Shown: positions 35,237 to 47,560 of the stretch, piece by piece | Numbering within the stretch: position 1 is the stretch's first letter | How the letters are laid out: each line of letters opens with the position of its first letter | From: Lama guanicoe | Taxonomy: Eukaryota | Assembly: GCA_013239625.1 (NCBI GenBank) | Contig: MU054001.1 | Span: forward strand, 871,884 to 935,883 | DNA: 64,000 nucleotides | Direction of reading: 5' to 3' | Notes under the pieces: model-generated | What the model was told of the DNA's origin: nothing | The model's input: the letters and a program-made list of their open reading frames with translations, nothing else | Database searches by the model: none | Translations under genes and position numbers: made by a program

Positions 35237-37060
35237 CCTGCGTCTTCTCCCCTAGATCTTCCTAACAGGACGATATAAAATGTTCCAGTGAAAGCAGCAT
35301 CCAAGGTTTTTATTATTCTGACTGTGCAAATATCGTTCAGTATTGAGCCTAGTAGAGTTGCCATAATTATGTTTCTTTTTTTGGAAAATGCAGTGCTTCT
35401 TGGAATCAATAGTTGTCTATTTTTTTTTTCATTTTCTTAGTTTAAAAATTATTTAAAATTCTTTCCATTTCCTCCACTAGCTGATTAATGGAATTATCCA
35501 TGTACCAATGTATCACATCATCTGCAGGTTTAATTTTTTTCTAGAGATCCTCCTTCTGGAGCTCTCTGTGCTTCTGCTCCAGTCTGGACCAGTTGCTCCA
35601 TGCTGGTGCATGGCTGCTAGTATCACCTCATCCCAGAATTCTCTTTGCTTCTGTCATTGTTACATTTGTTTCCTGGGTCCCAGACTCCCTTCCTGGATGA
35701 AGTCCATCCCCTAGTCACTTCCTGGGAAGGGGTCCACGTGAAGGTAAATGTTTTGTCTGTGAGATGTCTTGGATTCTACCTCAACGCTTGATATTTGGGC
35801 TGGATACGGAATCTGAGGTTGAAAACTCATTTTCATTCAGTCTGTTTAGACTGTATCTCCTCTCTCCTGGTGGTAACAGTCTGATTCTGTTATCCCCCGA
35901 GTCCTTTGTGTGTAATATGGTTTCTTTCCTTCTCACAGAAAGTCTTAGGGCCTCTCTTGTTGGTGTTATGGGATACCGTGTTGATGAGCCTTGGGTGGAC
36001 CTTTTAAAATTCACTCTCTGATCTCTGAGTGGGTTCTTGCAATCCACACAAGAAAACTCATGTCTTTCAGTTCTGCAATTTCCTTTTGTTAGTTTCTTGA
36101 TAAATTTCACTCCTTCCTTTTGTCCTTTATTCTTTCTTTCTAGAAGGTCAGGTAGTCAGATGTCAGACTTCACAGTTAAATCTGATAATTTTTTAAATAT
36201 TTTCTTTCCATTTTTCAGTCTTTTTGTTTTATTTCACTACTGGAATAGTTACTTCTTCAATTGGACCTTCCGATCTGTAAATTGCATTTATTATTTCTTC
36301 CACCCTGCTTTGAGTTCATAGAATTCCTTTTTCTTTGTTCTTTGATTAAATCTTAAAAGCAACAGTATCCTGTTCTTGCTTCATGGAAAGAAGATACTTT
36401 CATTTTTCTGTGTATATTAATTATAGTATTGTGACATTTTCTTTTAGTCCTTGCATTATCTCTGATAACTCAGATGCTCTTTACTTCTGATTTCTTGTTT
36501 GGTCTCTGTCTTTCTCGGTGGGGGCTTTTTTTTTTTTAATATCTGTGAATCCTTTGCCACCAGTTTATATTTAAGAATGCAGCACTAACAAAATGACTGC
36601 TTGGACAATTCGTGTACCCGACAGGGCTTGCTGACTGGTAGGTGATTAGATGGCAAACCAGATTTTTGGTATGTTCTTACATAGTTTCTCTGGTTCCTGG
36701 TTCTCCAGAAAGGAACTTTCTACCCCTATACCTCTGACTTTTGGGTTGTTGGGCTGATAGTGCATTCCGGGAACTAGGCAAAGAGAGTGCATTGGGAGGC
36801 TGCACCATAGAGTTAAACAGGCTTTCCCTTAACCCACGTATTTTTATTCTAATGCCACATCCTTTTTCTCACTTGGTTATCTCTTCTCTGCCAGCTTTCT
36901 ATTTTAACATATTATGGTTAAACATCACAGATGGCTTCAGGTTTCAGTCGAGATGGAGGCTATTTTGGTTTCTCATTCTTGCAGATATTTGGGAGTGAGT
37001 CCCAGGAAGTGAAGGGGGATTAAAAAGTAGCCTGCTGTCTTCATTCTGAAAAGTCCTATG
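34860..37060 (-). mobile_element. HAL1 / L1ME-related LINE, decayed
   Basis: ctgctccagtctggaccagttgctc...cttcctgggaaggggtccacgtgaaggtaaatgtttt...tttgggctggatacggaatctgaggttgaaaactcatttt (HAL1-type), T-rich antisense ORF1-like body. Confidence 0.65.
35144..35231. repeat. Compound microsatellite (CT)22(CA)22
   Basis: Direct reading. Confidence 0.95.
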
Positions 37061-37449
37061 CCACTGCTTAATCAATGTTGTCTTTCTATTTGATTCATTC
37101 TTTTCACTTAACTACGTTCATTCAAAAAGGAAATTTATATCACTGTTGCAAAATGGCAAACTGGAAAGAAACTATAAAAATAAATTTTAAAAAATGTCTA
37201 ACTATTCACTCCAGCCAGATTCTATTGCTTGCTGAAGGTTTGGGGCTGGAGGTCTGCTCTCTCTTTGTTAAAGACACAAGCTAGCAGGCATCAGAAAGAT
37301 GTTACGAATGGAAAGACACATGAATTAGAAAGACATATACCAGGTAGAGATATTTTTCTTTTGTTAAATAAAAAGTCCAGAAAAATACCCCCTAAATGGG
37401 AATAACTGACCCTATCTATAATTCAAGGTTATTTAAATCTCTGCAGAGC

Positions 37450-37705
37450 TTTCTTGTCTTGGTTCAAATTTCAGCTCAAATTTCTCCTCAGAAAGTCTTC
37501 TCTGGCCCACACCTCACTGCACTGTTTTATTTGATTTATCAGCACTTAATGCTATTTCAAATGATTCTTATTTACTTGTTCATACATCTTCCGCATCCCT
37601 GCAGAATGTAAGGGTCATGAGAGCAGAGACTTTGTCCCATTCACCCAATGCATCTATGCCTAAAATAAAGATGGGCACGTAGGAGAATACATGCATGAGT
37701 GAAAA
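37450..37705 (+). mobile_element. L2 fragment
   Basis: ttcagctcaaatttctcctcagaaagtcttctctg...gaatgtaagggtcatgagagcagagactttgtc. Confidence 0.7.
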
Positions 37706-39049
37706 AATAAGAATGGACTCTGCTGTTGGGTCTCATTCTTTCGTACATTCCCAGCCCTCCAAGAGTCCTACTTTTTCTTCTCTCTCTCTCTCTTGTCTTC
37801 TCCCATCCTTTTCCTCTGTTATCAGGTTTCAACCACGAGGCTCACTCCCACTCGATGGGAAGAAAGGGAAATTTTAGATGGCGGCCGAAACCCAGTTGAA
37901 ATGTGCTGACAGCCCTTAACGCCACTCCTCAACATCTCTCATGAGGGCCGGCATCTCACAATGGTAGATGCTGGTCCATTAGGCTGAAATACCTTCCTCT
38001 TAGAAAAGAGAGTTTTAAAAAAAGGATTTAAAGACCCAAAGGTATTTTGGGCTGACATAAATGTAATTAATTTTTTCACAAGACAAAAGGGACAGAAAAT
38101 GAATGCCAGTAAGAGCTGAGTTTTTATGTTGCCCAACCAACAAATCAATTCAGGGAAAATAGGAAACTGACATGTTCTATTTTGCCCTCACTGCTCTTAT
38201 TTTACTTAAACAAAGTTAACAATGGAAAGTAGACAGAGTTTACATAAAACTTGTGATTTCCAGTTACTCTTATCAAATGGGATGATCTGGCCACCTTGGG
38301 CCATGTTCCCAGATGGAGATCATCATGGGAGCTGAGAAGCGTCCACCCCTTTGGGTGGGGCGTGGGGTCTGTAGTTTCCCACAGTCCCCGCCTGGCCTGC
38401 ATCACACATTTCTGCCACCTCTTCAGCACCTGAGTTTGTGAGCCCTGAAAATGGAACCACCTTCAGGGCAGGTACTAAATGCTAAGTCTTCCTCCTCTCC
38501 AAGGCCCCTGCCAGACAGAACTGAGTACCAGGCACACAGTCAGTGCTCAATAAATAAATACAGAATCGTTGTATAAAGTGTCATGTATTTTCTCTTTTTG
38601 TAATCAATCTGTTGACTCTCATGCATTGGTACCTTTATGAAAATTTCCATTTTCTCAGCATCAGGGGTTCCCCTTAATCAATAAGATATCTCCCTGAACT
38701 TGTTTATAAACCATATCTTCAACCAGAAGTGAAAGTCATTATTTTTTTTTAATTAAAATTAAAACAATCACTCTGTTTCCATAACCAGATTGACAAACCA
38801 TTTACTGCAGAGGGTGCCAATACCAATGCCGAGAGGACTTGATTTCCTCCCTGAGAAACAAGCACAGGAACATATTCATTTAGGTAAGCTAAGTGTCTGG
38901 GCTCACCCATAAACCGAAACACTAGATCACACTGTATCTGGAGGTCAGAGGCTTTCCCAGGCAGTGAAGAGAGCTGGCCGGACAATGGCATTTCCTTGTG
39001 CCTGCAGGGGACTCTGCGTTCTCTGTGTGCTCCCTCCGCGGATGCCAAC

Positions 39050-39700
39050 TCCTCTCTAAATGAGCGAATAGAAGGTCACGTGGGCTTGAAGTGGTGGATC
39101 AGCAGGAATAACCGCAGGTGATTACAGAGCTTTTTCGAACATCAACCAGTGAGGAAGTGAGCCACCACCCTCCTCCAGTAGAATAAGTTCCAGCTATTGA
39201 GACAGTGTGCAAATTTATTTAAAGTAATTTTAAAGAATGACGAGTTGGCAAACATCAGGAAATGGCAGAGTGTTCTCTTTAATTAAGCACTGCCTTATGG
39301 AGGCAAATTTGTTCACTGTTCTTCTGAATATTGAGCTGGAATTAAGGTGGGGCTTGTGTCCACTTTGAAACTGTAGCATGTGGAATAAGGCATAACAATT
39401 AAACTAATAATAGCTCGTGACATTTTGCAAGTGATTGACTCTTTATAGATAAATAAGAGCCAGTTTGTAGTAACCCATAGAACGGTCTCATTTGCTTTTT
39501 TGAGCAGGCGAGAAAAGTATGCGGTTATGCTATACAAGGAATTGCACATAACCCAAAGTCCAGCTTAACATTGCCAAAAAATGTACTGAGTAATTGTTCC
39601 CAATGTACTATTATTAGTCTTGATCTGTTCCATTACTCTCGAGATTAACTCCTCTGCCAAATTTTTTAGGCTTAGTCAAAACCTGGGTCCACCCACCAGA
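39050..39700. promoter_or_regulatory. Candidate enhancer block
   Basis: Repeat-free; GCAAACA 39248, TTAATTAA 39279, TGATTGAC 39432. Confidence 0.35.
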
Positions 39701-40014
39701 GCATGACATTCACGTCTATCTTAACACAAAGCAAGATATTGAGAACCACTGCTCTTTTTCATGATGGCAAAGCATCTGCCACTTATCATTTCTGACATTA
39801 CCCATTATGTTATTATGTCTCTTATACAAGAATCTATGCAATAAATTTCTCTAAGATCTTAATGGCAGGAAAAATGTTTCTCTCCAGATAAACTTCTATG
39901 GCTCTTTTTGATCAGACCATGAGATGAACCACGAAGTTCATCTTCTTGGCTGTTTTGCCGTCTGCCAGCAAGCCTGGAGTTGCCAATTTCTTATCACCTT
40001 AGAGATGAATGTAA

Positions 40015-40170
40015 TGAAATGAACACTAAATCTGGAGCCTAAAGATCTGGCTTCTAGACCTAATTCTCTCACTTATAAGTTGCATGCATCTTGAAAAATT
40101 GACTTAACCTATCTGAGCCTCACTTTCCATTATCTGTCAAATGATAATAATAATAATAATGTCTTCCACC
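40015..40170 (+). mobile_element. MIR SINE
   Basis: gacttaacctatctgagcctcactttccattatctgtcaaatgataataat. Confidence 0.75.
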
Positions 40171-40177
40171 CTAGCAT

Positions 40178-40715
40178 CTGGCCAGCATTCTTGGTTACCC
40201 ACTTACCAGTCATCCTCCACTTTTTCTCTTGATAGCAGAAGTCCTGTATTATTCAGGTACCAGTGGCAATGAGCTCAGGAAAGGTGGACCCAGTTCTAGT
40301 GAATGAGTCATCATTGGTCAGTGCCAACTACGGTAATCCCATCCTCCTTTCCCAGAGATTATTTTAGAGATGGACAAGTGACTCAGTTATGGTGAATGAG
40401 TTATAATGAGTAGTCTGCTGAGAAGCCCAAGAAAAGATTTCCTCCATGAGAGCTGAGTAAGGAGAAAACCAACTCTGTCCCCTGCCTTCAAGCCTTACTT
40501 CTTTTGGACAAGGTTTGGTGGGGATGTGAGAGCTGGAGCTGGGGCAGCCATCTTGGAACCTTACGGAAAAGCCAAGAGATTTGCAGGCAAGCAATTCCTG
40601 CTGTCAAGGAACTGCTAACACCCAACCCTGGAAACCTCTGGGCTTCTCACTATTTGGACAGCAAATGTCCTAAACTTTGAAACCATCTACGTAAAGTCAT
40701 CGTTAGTAACTTAAC
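40178..40715 (+). mobile_element. MaLR LTR (MLT1K/L-like)
   Basis: ggtaatcccatcctcc...gctggagctggggcagccatcttggaacc...aaagccaagaga. Confidence 0.65.
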
Positions 40716-40964
40716 TGTTCCTTTGAATAGTTGTACATCAAAACAATAAAGTTGATATATAGTTGAACTATATAAAATGTATTTCATCTGTATTTATATA
40801 TAAAATATATATAAATACTATAGTTGAAAAACTGAAATTCTGTGGTAATTATTATGTTTATTCCCAGTACATCAATTTCTCCTTTTGTCTATAAGCTTCA
40901 TGACCCCCAACTTTTTATCATTTTTCCTGTACTGATTTAAGTGATTTTATGAAAAGTCAGCACT

Positions 40965-41230
40965 AGTAATTATTATTATTGTTGTTGATGTTATTGTTGA
41001 TGTTAGATAGTATAGCTACCATTCATTACAATTTGCTACGAGCTTGGTGTGCTAACGTATACTGTCTCGTTTACTCAACACAAGAACTTTAAGAGGGAGA
41101 TGTTATAATTATTTCCATTTACAAATGAGTAAATTGCAGCTCAGAGAGGTGAGGGAACTTGCCCAAGGTCACACAACTAGCAAGCAGCAAAGATCCAGTC
41201 TGAATGCCGTTAGAGGTTATACCCTCAACC
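40965..41230 (-). mobile_element. MIR SINE
   Basis: ccatttacaaatgagtaaattgcagctcagagaggtgagggaacttgcccaaggtcacacaactag. Confidence 0.8.
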
Positions 41231-42699
41231 AGATTCTCAGATACCATTCATCTGGGAGATGTAAATGACAAATCAATTAATCTATCAATAAGGAGCATAC
41301 ATATGAGGTACTCAGACTTTTTAGAACACCGAACCTAAGTGTGATTTGTCCAAGGATTTTAAGAAGGCTCAGTCTGCTTGACTTTGCACTTCTGCCATGT
41401 CAAACACTAGAAATTCTCACCACCGTGTTTCCATGGTTAGAACTTGGCTGCCAACAGGGTAGATCAGGTAGAACCTGTGAGACAGGAAGGGAGAAATTCA
41501 AACTTTTTCAAAAAGAGGAGAAAAGACAAATCAAGTTCACCATTTTTTCCCCCGCCCCAAACATCACAGCACACATCTCAGACTCAGTTAAGGTCAGTTA
41601 GCGGTGAACAAAATTCCCACTTTGCTAAAATCACAATGATGTTAGCATAGCTTATGAAGCCATCCAGCGTAGAGGGTCGTCGAGAACATATCAATTAGCT
41701 CAGATACCTACTGACTTGACAAGAAAACCTTATCATAAGCAGCATGACACGGGCATGTTCAAAAAGGTGCTGAGAGAGACATTCTCCACCAGACTCATCT
41801 GAATGAGAAAGACAGAGAAATGCTTACTTTTCAGCATGTCAGACTCCATTTCGACAAATGAAAAAGCAAAAGGAAGAATCTTAGCGAGTGAGCCTGAAAT
41901 TGACTATGGCATCAAGATCACGTGCCCATCTTAAGGGTTGCTGTCATTCAGTGTGTCATTAACTGTCCTCAAGCAGAACCACCAACCTCGAAGCCATGAA
42001 AAGTCGGAGTTTGGGGAAGTTGAAATTCAGAAGCTCAAAGCCGAGGTGATGGGTGAGATCAGTCTCCTGTATCTTAAACAGACGTCAGGGCTTGTGCTTG
42101 GGAGGCTGACTCAGTCCCAAAAGCAAGGTCAAGTGCCAAGAGGGCTTAAAAACCAAAAGGAGACCAGTGGCTTCTTGAAACAGGGCTTAGGAGAATGAGG
42201 CCAGGTGCTTGTGCCGACAACACAGCTAAGACTTCTGAGCATGCAAGGGAGAAAAGCGGGTTGCCCTGGGGAGAAGTTTCTGGTAGCCTTTGTCCCAGGC
42301 AATAGTGCTGGCAGGTGCATGCCCTCCTAGAATGACTGATGCAATCCAGAGTGTGCCGGAACTTTGCACTAGTGACTAGGAAGGGAAGAAGGCCCTCGAT
42401 GGCTTATAGGGAAACACCTTTCAGTGAGCACCCCAGATAGACCTTTCCAACTGTCTCTCAATACCAGGCATCAGTTTGTCCAGCTGTCATTGTTTTGTGA
42501 GAAGACCCTTCTTAGTTTGAGATGAAAAGCTCCTATCCAGGTCCCCTCCTCCACCCAGTTTTTTGCACAATGCCCGCACCAGTTCCTCCTGTTCCTACAT
42601 CCGAGAGCTGGAAGAGAATGCTTTGGCCAGGCCACGTTCCACCCAGGTTGGCCGTTCATCGTCCTGGTATGAGTGTGGATGAGACATCACGGGGCGCCC

Positions 42700-44050
42700 G
42701 GACCCACAGCATTCAAAGTCGCTTCTGTTCTCCCCTGTTTAGGTCAAACGAAGGAGCTCTTGTGAGTAATTCACAGAGCGCCTATACTCGGAGGCATTGC
42801 ACAGTCTCATTACCATTAATTTTTGCATATTTAACTACAGTTTTTAATTAGATGGTATTTTATTATTCATGCACATAATTTGAGTCCAAGTCGGGCAGCT
42901 CTCTTAGAGGAAAGGAAAAAAAAAAGGTGGGGGGTTGGCATTCTTGTGAATTGGAAGTTGGTGTTGGTGTTCCTCCTCTACTGGTGAGTGAGCATGGCAG
43001 ACTGTGAGTCTATAATGGTTCCCTTTTAATTTTGCTAATAGCTATCATGTTATGTACCTTTATAAATTTGTTAAATTCAGAGTGCTGGGAGTTGTCTCTG
43101 TCTGCGGTAACTGTAAATAGTTTACTCTGTTTGGTTTGCACAGACAAACTGTTTGCTCAGGCTCCTTGATGTATTATTAAAATGGGTAATGGGCCCCTGG
43201 GAAACCATCTAGTTATATGCCTTCATTTGCAGAATAAACCATGCGTTGTTTTCATCTTTACTCATGATTGTTAATGGCACTGATGATGAGATGGGTGGAT
43301 TTTTTTTCTCCACTGCCTTTATCAGCACTGTTTTATTATGCAGGCAAAATGGCCAGGCTGCTGATTTTGTCTAAGGTTTTCAATTAGTCATTTGACTGAA
43401 CACATCTGTGCTGGCATCCACCCAGAGCCGGACCGCAGCTATTACCGGCTTACACCTGCTGAACCATGGCCATAAACGCGGATGGGAATAAACCTAAATT
43501 GGCCTTTTAGATATGGTTGAAAAGTTGTAATGTTGCAGTGTTTTATAGCAGTGTCAGGAAGGTGCGAACTTTTCCGCCTCTAAGCCCTAAGAACCTGCCA
43601 CGAAATTCCACTCCACTCAAATGACTCACTTATAGGTTGGTTATTAATATCTGTTTGCCGGTTTGCAGCCCCGATGACTTAATCGGCTGACGTTAAGTAG
43701 ATAAGATTATATTTGTACTGCAGCTGGGAATGGTTGACGTTTAATTGTGTTGGTAAACAGAGCCCAGTGGCTGCTTTGGCATCTCTGCAGATGCCTCGGA
43801 ATTATTCCTCAGCAGTTTGGAACGTGACTCCTACGTCTTCCTCTGCAATAAAAATTGCTTCACGGCAGAGCAGAGGAGCTGGAACTGGAGGTGGGGTATG
43901 ACTTTAATACCCCAAAGAGTCTGTCATTTATCATGAAGCGGGAAGCCGGGGCAAATTTCTGCAAAATAAAACGCAATCTCCTCACTGCTAAGAGCTCGTG
44001 TGTTTTTATGAGAGATGATGCTAATTGCTAAATATTTAGAAATCCCCTTG
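42700..44050. promoter_or_regulatory. Large candidate conserved enhancer block (FOX cluster, HOX, EBF, AP-1/CRE motifs)
   Basis: About 1.3 kb with no recognisable repeat; motifs listed under findings. Confidence 0.45.
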
Positions 44051-44689
44051 ATCGGTCCTCAGGAGCCCCGGGGATCAGTAAGCCAGGCTGCAGAGAGCAG
44101 TAGTGAGGTCACTGAGAAAGAGCTCACATTTGGCTGCTGGAGTTCATGGACGTTCACGGAAGCAGCAACATTTCTGTTGGATCCAACAGATGCACTGGGG
44201 GCGGGAATGAAAACATCTCCCTCACTGTGGGAAAAGCCTGAACCATGTTTCAGACTTTCAGGATGACGAAAGATATTGGCATTGCAGCCAGAATGGAAGT
44301 GCTGGCCATGACACCATCTCTGCCCCCAAGGGATTAAGCCTTTGTGAGTTTCACCATGGCCGTCTGTGTGTAAAGCCACCATATTTTACCCCTAATAGGC
44401 ATCAATGCCTCTGTGCTGAACCCTGAAAACTTGGTTTCCCTGGAAAGATTATTTCTTTATTACCCCTTCCTCTCCATCAGAGGCCACCACCAACCACTTC
44501 TCTCACCATTTTCCTGACTCCAAGATGAGCTCATCTGGTTTGTGAGTAAGTAAGGCTCCGATCTTCCTCCTGGTTCATACCAGCCAAGTTCATTTCTCTG
44601 AGCGTTCTTTGTTGTTGTTTGTTTTCACTTTTCCAATTAGTGCCTGAGACAGATCCAGAGTCTTCATCATCTCATCTCATCCCATCCCA

Positions 44690-44970
44690 TCATTTATTGG
44701 GACTTTGTGGCAATGCTATGCAACACACACTAGGTACCTAAACAATCTGAGGAGATTCACTTGCATTGATGCTTTAAATCTTCAGATCAGCCCTAGGAGC
44801 AAGGTGCTATTATTGTCACTCCCATTTCACAGATGAGGAAACTAAGTCACAAATAGATCAAGAAAATTGCCTAAGATCACACAGTGAGTAAAGGAAGGAG
44901 CCGAGATTCACGGCAGGCAGTCCGGGCCAGAAACTATGTTTCAAATTGTTAGCCTACACAGCCTCCTAGC
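44690..44970 (-). mobile_element. MIR SINE
   Basis: cccatttcacagatgaggaaactaagtcac...tgcctaagatcacacag. Confidence 0.85.
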
Positions 44971-45049
44971 ATTAGAAAGAGTTTCTCAAGCCATAGGTCT
45001 GAGATAGCAGGCTGAGGTCTTGCTGGAAGAACTGCATGGGTTGAAACCG

Positions 45050-45330
45050 TCTTTTTTCACTCACACCCCTTATTGGTAGATATTTAGCTTGTCCCAGTTT
45101 GTCCAATATTGTAATAATGTCTTTTCCATCTCCTTGGGCACACATGGACACAGTTAGAAGTGGATTTGCACAACCATAGGTCATGTACACTGGAGTTTTT
45201 ACTAGATATTTCCAAATCACCCTCCAAGACGGTTGAACCAATTTACACACGTACCAGCAGTGTACGGGAGTGGCTGTTTGCCCATACCCTGGCCAGCATT
45301 TTGATACTATCAAACTCTTTATGTTTTGTC
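45050..45330 (-). mobile_element. L1ME-like fragment
   Basis: tattggtagatatttagcttgtcccagttt...tgaaccaatttacac...ccagcagtgtacgggagtg. Confidence 0.7.
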
Positions 45331-45589
45331 AAAGGCATTTTTCAAAGTGGAGAGTTTCAGCTGTTTGTGAAACTGAATCTTGGGACTTCTGTCTCTCAGC
45401 ACCCCCATGCCCCCACCATGCTCACTCCCACTTCGGCATCCAGGAAAATAAAGATACTCTGTGTTTTTTTCAAATACAAGTCAAGACGCAGAATCTTTTC
45501 TCCTCTGGTTGTGGAGATCCAATTTCAGGATAACTTGCTGCACAGCAGCAGTTTTCAGCCTCAACACTTCACCAATAACAAGTTGAGTT

Positions 45590-45830
45590 AGAAAGTGGTG
45601 TGATAATTAAATGTCTAGACTGCCTGGGGCCAGATTCTGGCTCACCACTTCCCAGCTTGCAAGACTTGGTAAGTGACATTTCTTAGGTCTCAGTTTCCTC
45701 ATCTGTAAAATGGGAATGCCCCTAACAGTCTCATAAAATTGTTGCAAAGACTAACATTTAAATATAGGGTGCAGAGCACTGAGAAAACTGTCCAGTTCAT
45801 AGCAGAGGTATTGTTTTGTCCATTATAAAG
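45590..45830 (+). mobile_element. MIR SINE
   Basis: gtctcagtttcctcatctgtaaaatgggaat. Confidence 0.85.
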
Positions 45831-45886
45831 TCTGCGCAACAACTGGACCTGATTGGCTAGTGAACAGAGAATGTATTTCTATCTTG

Positions 45887-46096
45887 TTTGAGATTTTGAT
45901 TTGCAGCTACTAACTATATCAAACGGATAAATAGCAAGATCCTACTGTATAGCACAGGGAACTATATTCAATAACCTGTAATAGCCTATAATGAAAAAGA
46001 ATATGAAATGGAATACACACACACACACACACGCACACATCTGAATCACTATGCTGAAATTAATACATTGTAAACCGACTATACTTCAATTAAAAA
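45887..46096 (+). mobile_element. Cetartiodactyl/camelid L1 3' end
   Basis: cctactgtatagcacagggaactatattcaata...taatagcctataatgaaaaagaatat...ctgaatcactatgctg...gactatacttcaattaaaaaa. Confidence 0.9.
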
Positions 46097-47419
46097 ATTT
46101 TTTTTAATAAACGAATTAGTCCAGTTCCCAAAAAAAGCCCCTTTTTTAAGATTATAGCATTTGCAGTGGGGAACTATAGGGTTATTGAGTCCAACCCTTC
46201 TCAATAGCCGCAAGCGACTTGCTGACAAGGGCCATGCATTTTTCCAGTCTCCAGCACCCAGTCCAGTGCTTGGCAGCTAGTGAGTGTTCAGGAAATGATA
46301 GCTCAAAGGACAGACAGACACATCGTGGCTCACTGGCCTCAGTAGGCAAAATCTACACTTGTTCAAAAGGCAAATATGCCTGGGCCCCGTGCTCCACTCA
46401 CTGGATGAGAATCTTTTGGTTGGAGCCCTGGCATCTGCATTTTGACCTGTGTCCCCCCATGGTTTGACATACTAAAGCCCTGGGTGTAAAACTGGAGATA
46501 ATCCTGGCTCTAGAGAAAATTATTTCCAGCACCTGGCACGATTCCTTTCACATGGTTGGTATTTGATAAATATTCTTGATTGAATGAATTCAACAGCTCA
46601 GGGGGTAATTATAGGATTTTCACGCTCACATGAAACTCTCTAGAGCTCCCAGAGATGGAGGCTTTTTGGACCCTCTCAGCCATGGTTCTTGCGGTGTGGT
46701 TCTCAGAGCCCACATCCCCATCCGTAGAGGCCAAGGTCTCCTGGGGCCATCTGCAAACACCTGGGACCTCCACAGATACCGTTAAGCAGACTGTAGAGTA
46801 AATCGTTTCAAGCCCAAGGTCAAGCTCATCTCAGCAGCTGCCCCATCACTTCCCCTGTTCTCACTTCTTAGATTACAGACTGTGGTCTGCCTGGACCTCA
46901 TGCGGGTTCCTCCCACCTTGCCAGCATCCTCCTCAGACCATTGCTTTTTCCCTGGACCGAAGGACCTCTGATCTCTGGCTCAGTTTACATCACTGGCATG
47001 ACTCCTACTCCCCTTTCCCCGTATCCCACCCACACCAATGCTCCTAGCTACACCCCCAGACCCTGCCGTATCTTTTGGGATTTTGAATTCCCAAGATTGG
47101 AGTCCTAGTGTAGGTCATTCCAATAAAAGGAGCAGAGATGCCTCAGAACTACGAAGTGCACAGTGCACATTTGGGTCTTGATGGTCAAGTTGGCTGAGCC
47201 ACATTCATTTATTTGAAATCACAGTTTTGCTTAATAAACATTATTTCCACTGTTGGAAAAAGCAATCTTCCCTTAAAGCTGCTTTTAAAATATTGAGGAT
47301 TTCTGGACCGTGTTCAAATGAATTTCAAATGGATGTTTTTGATAATAGCTGGTGTCTGTGGAGCCCTTTCCAGCGCCAGGCAGAGGAACGGGAAGCCTTG
47401 AGTGTGGATTAACGTCGCT

Positions 47420-47560
47420 GGCTTTTCACAGCAGCCCCACAGGGTCGATACAGAGACCCAACCCATTTTACAGAGGAGGAAACTCAGTAAGAGAGTGATG
47501 CAATAATTGCTTGGAGTGAGACAGCCGATGGGGAGCAGAGAGGGGTTCAAACCCACACAC
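47420..47560 (-). mobile_element. MIR SINE
   Basis: cccattttacagaggaggaaactcag...ggggttcaaaccca. Confidence 0.75.

Noticed and set aside
42981..42989. Strong splice-donor-like CTG/GTGAGT (similar at about 24692 and 26524)
   Set aside because: No paired acceptor or reading frame found; a lncRNA exon cannot be excluded without RNA-seq
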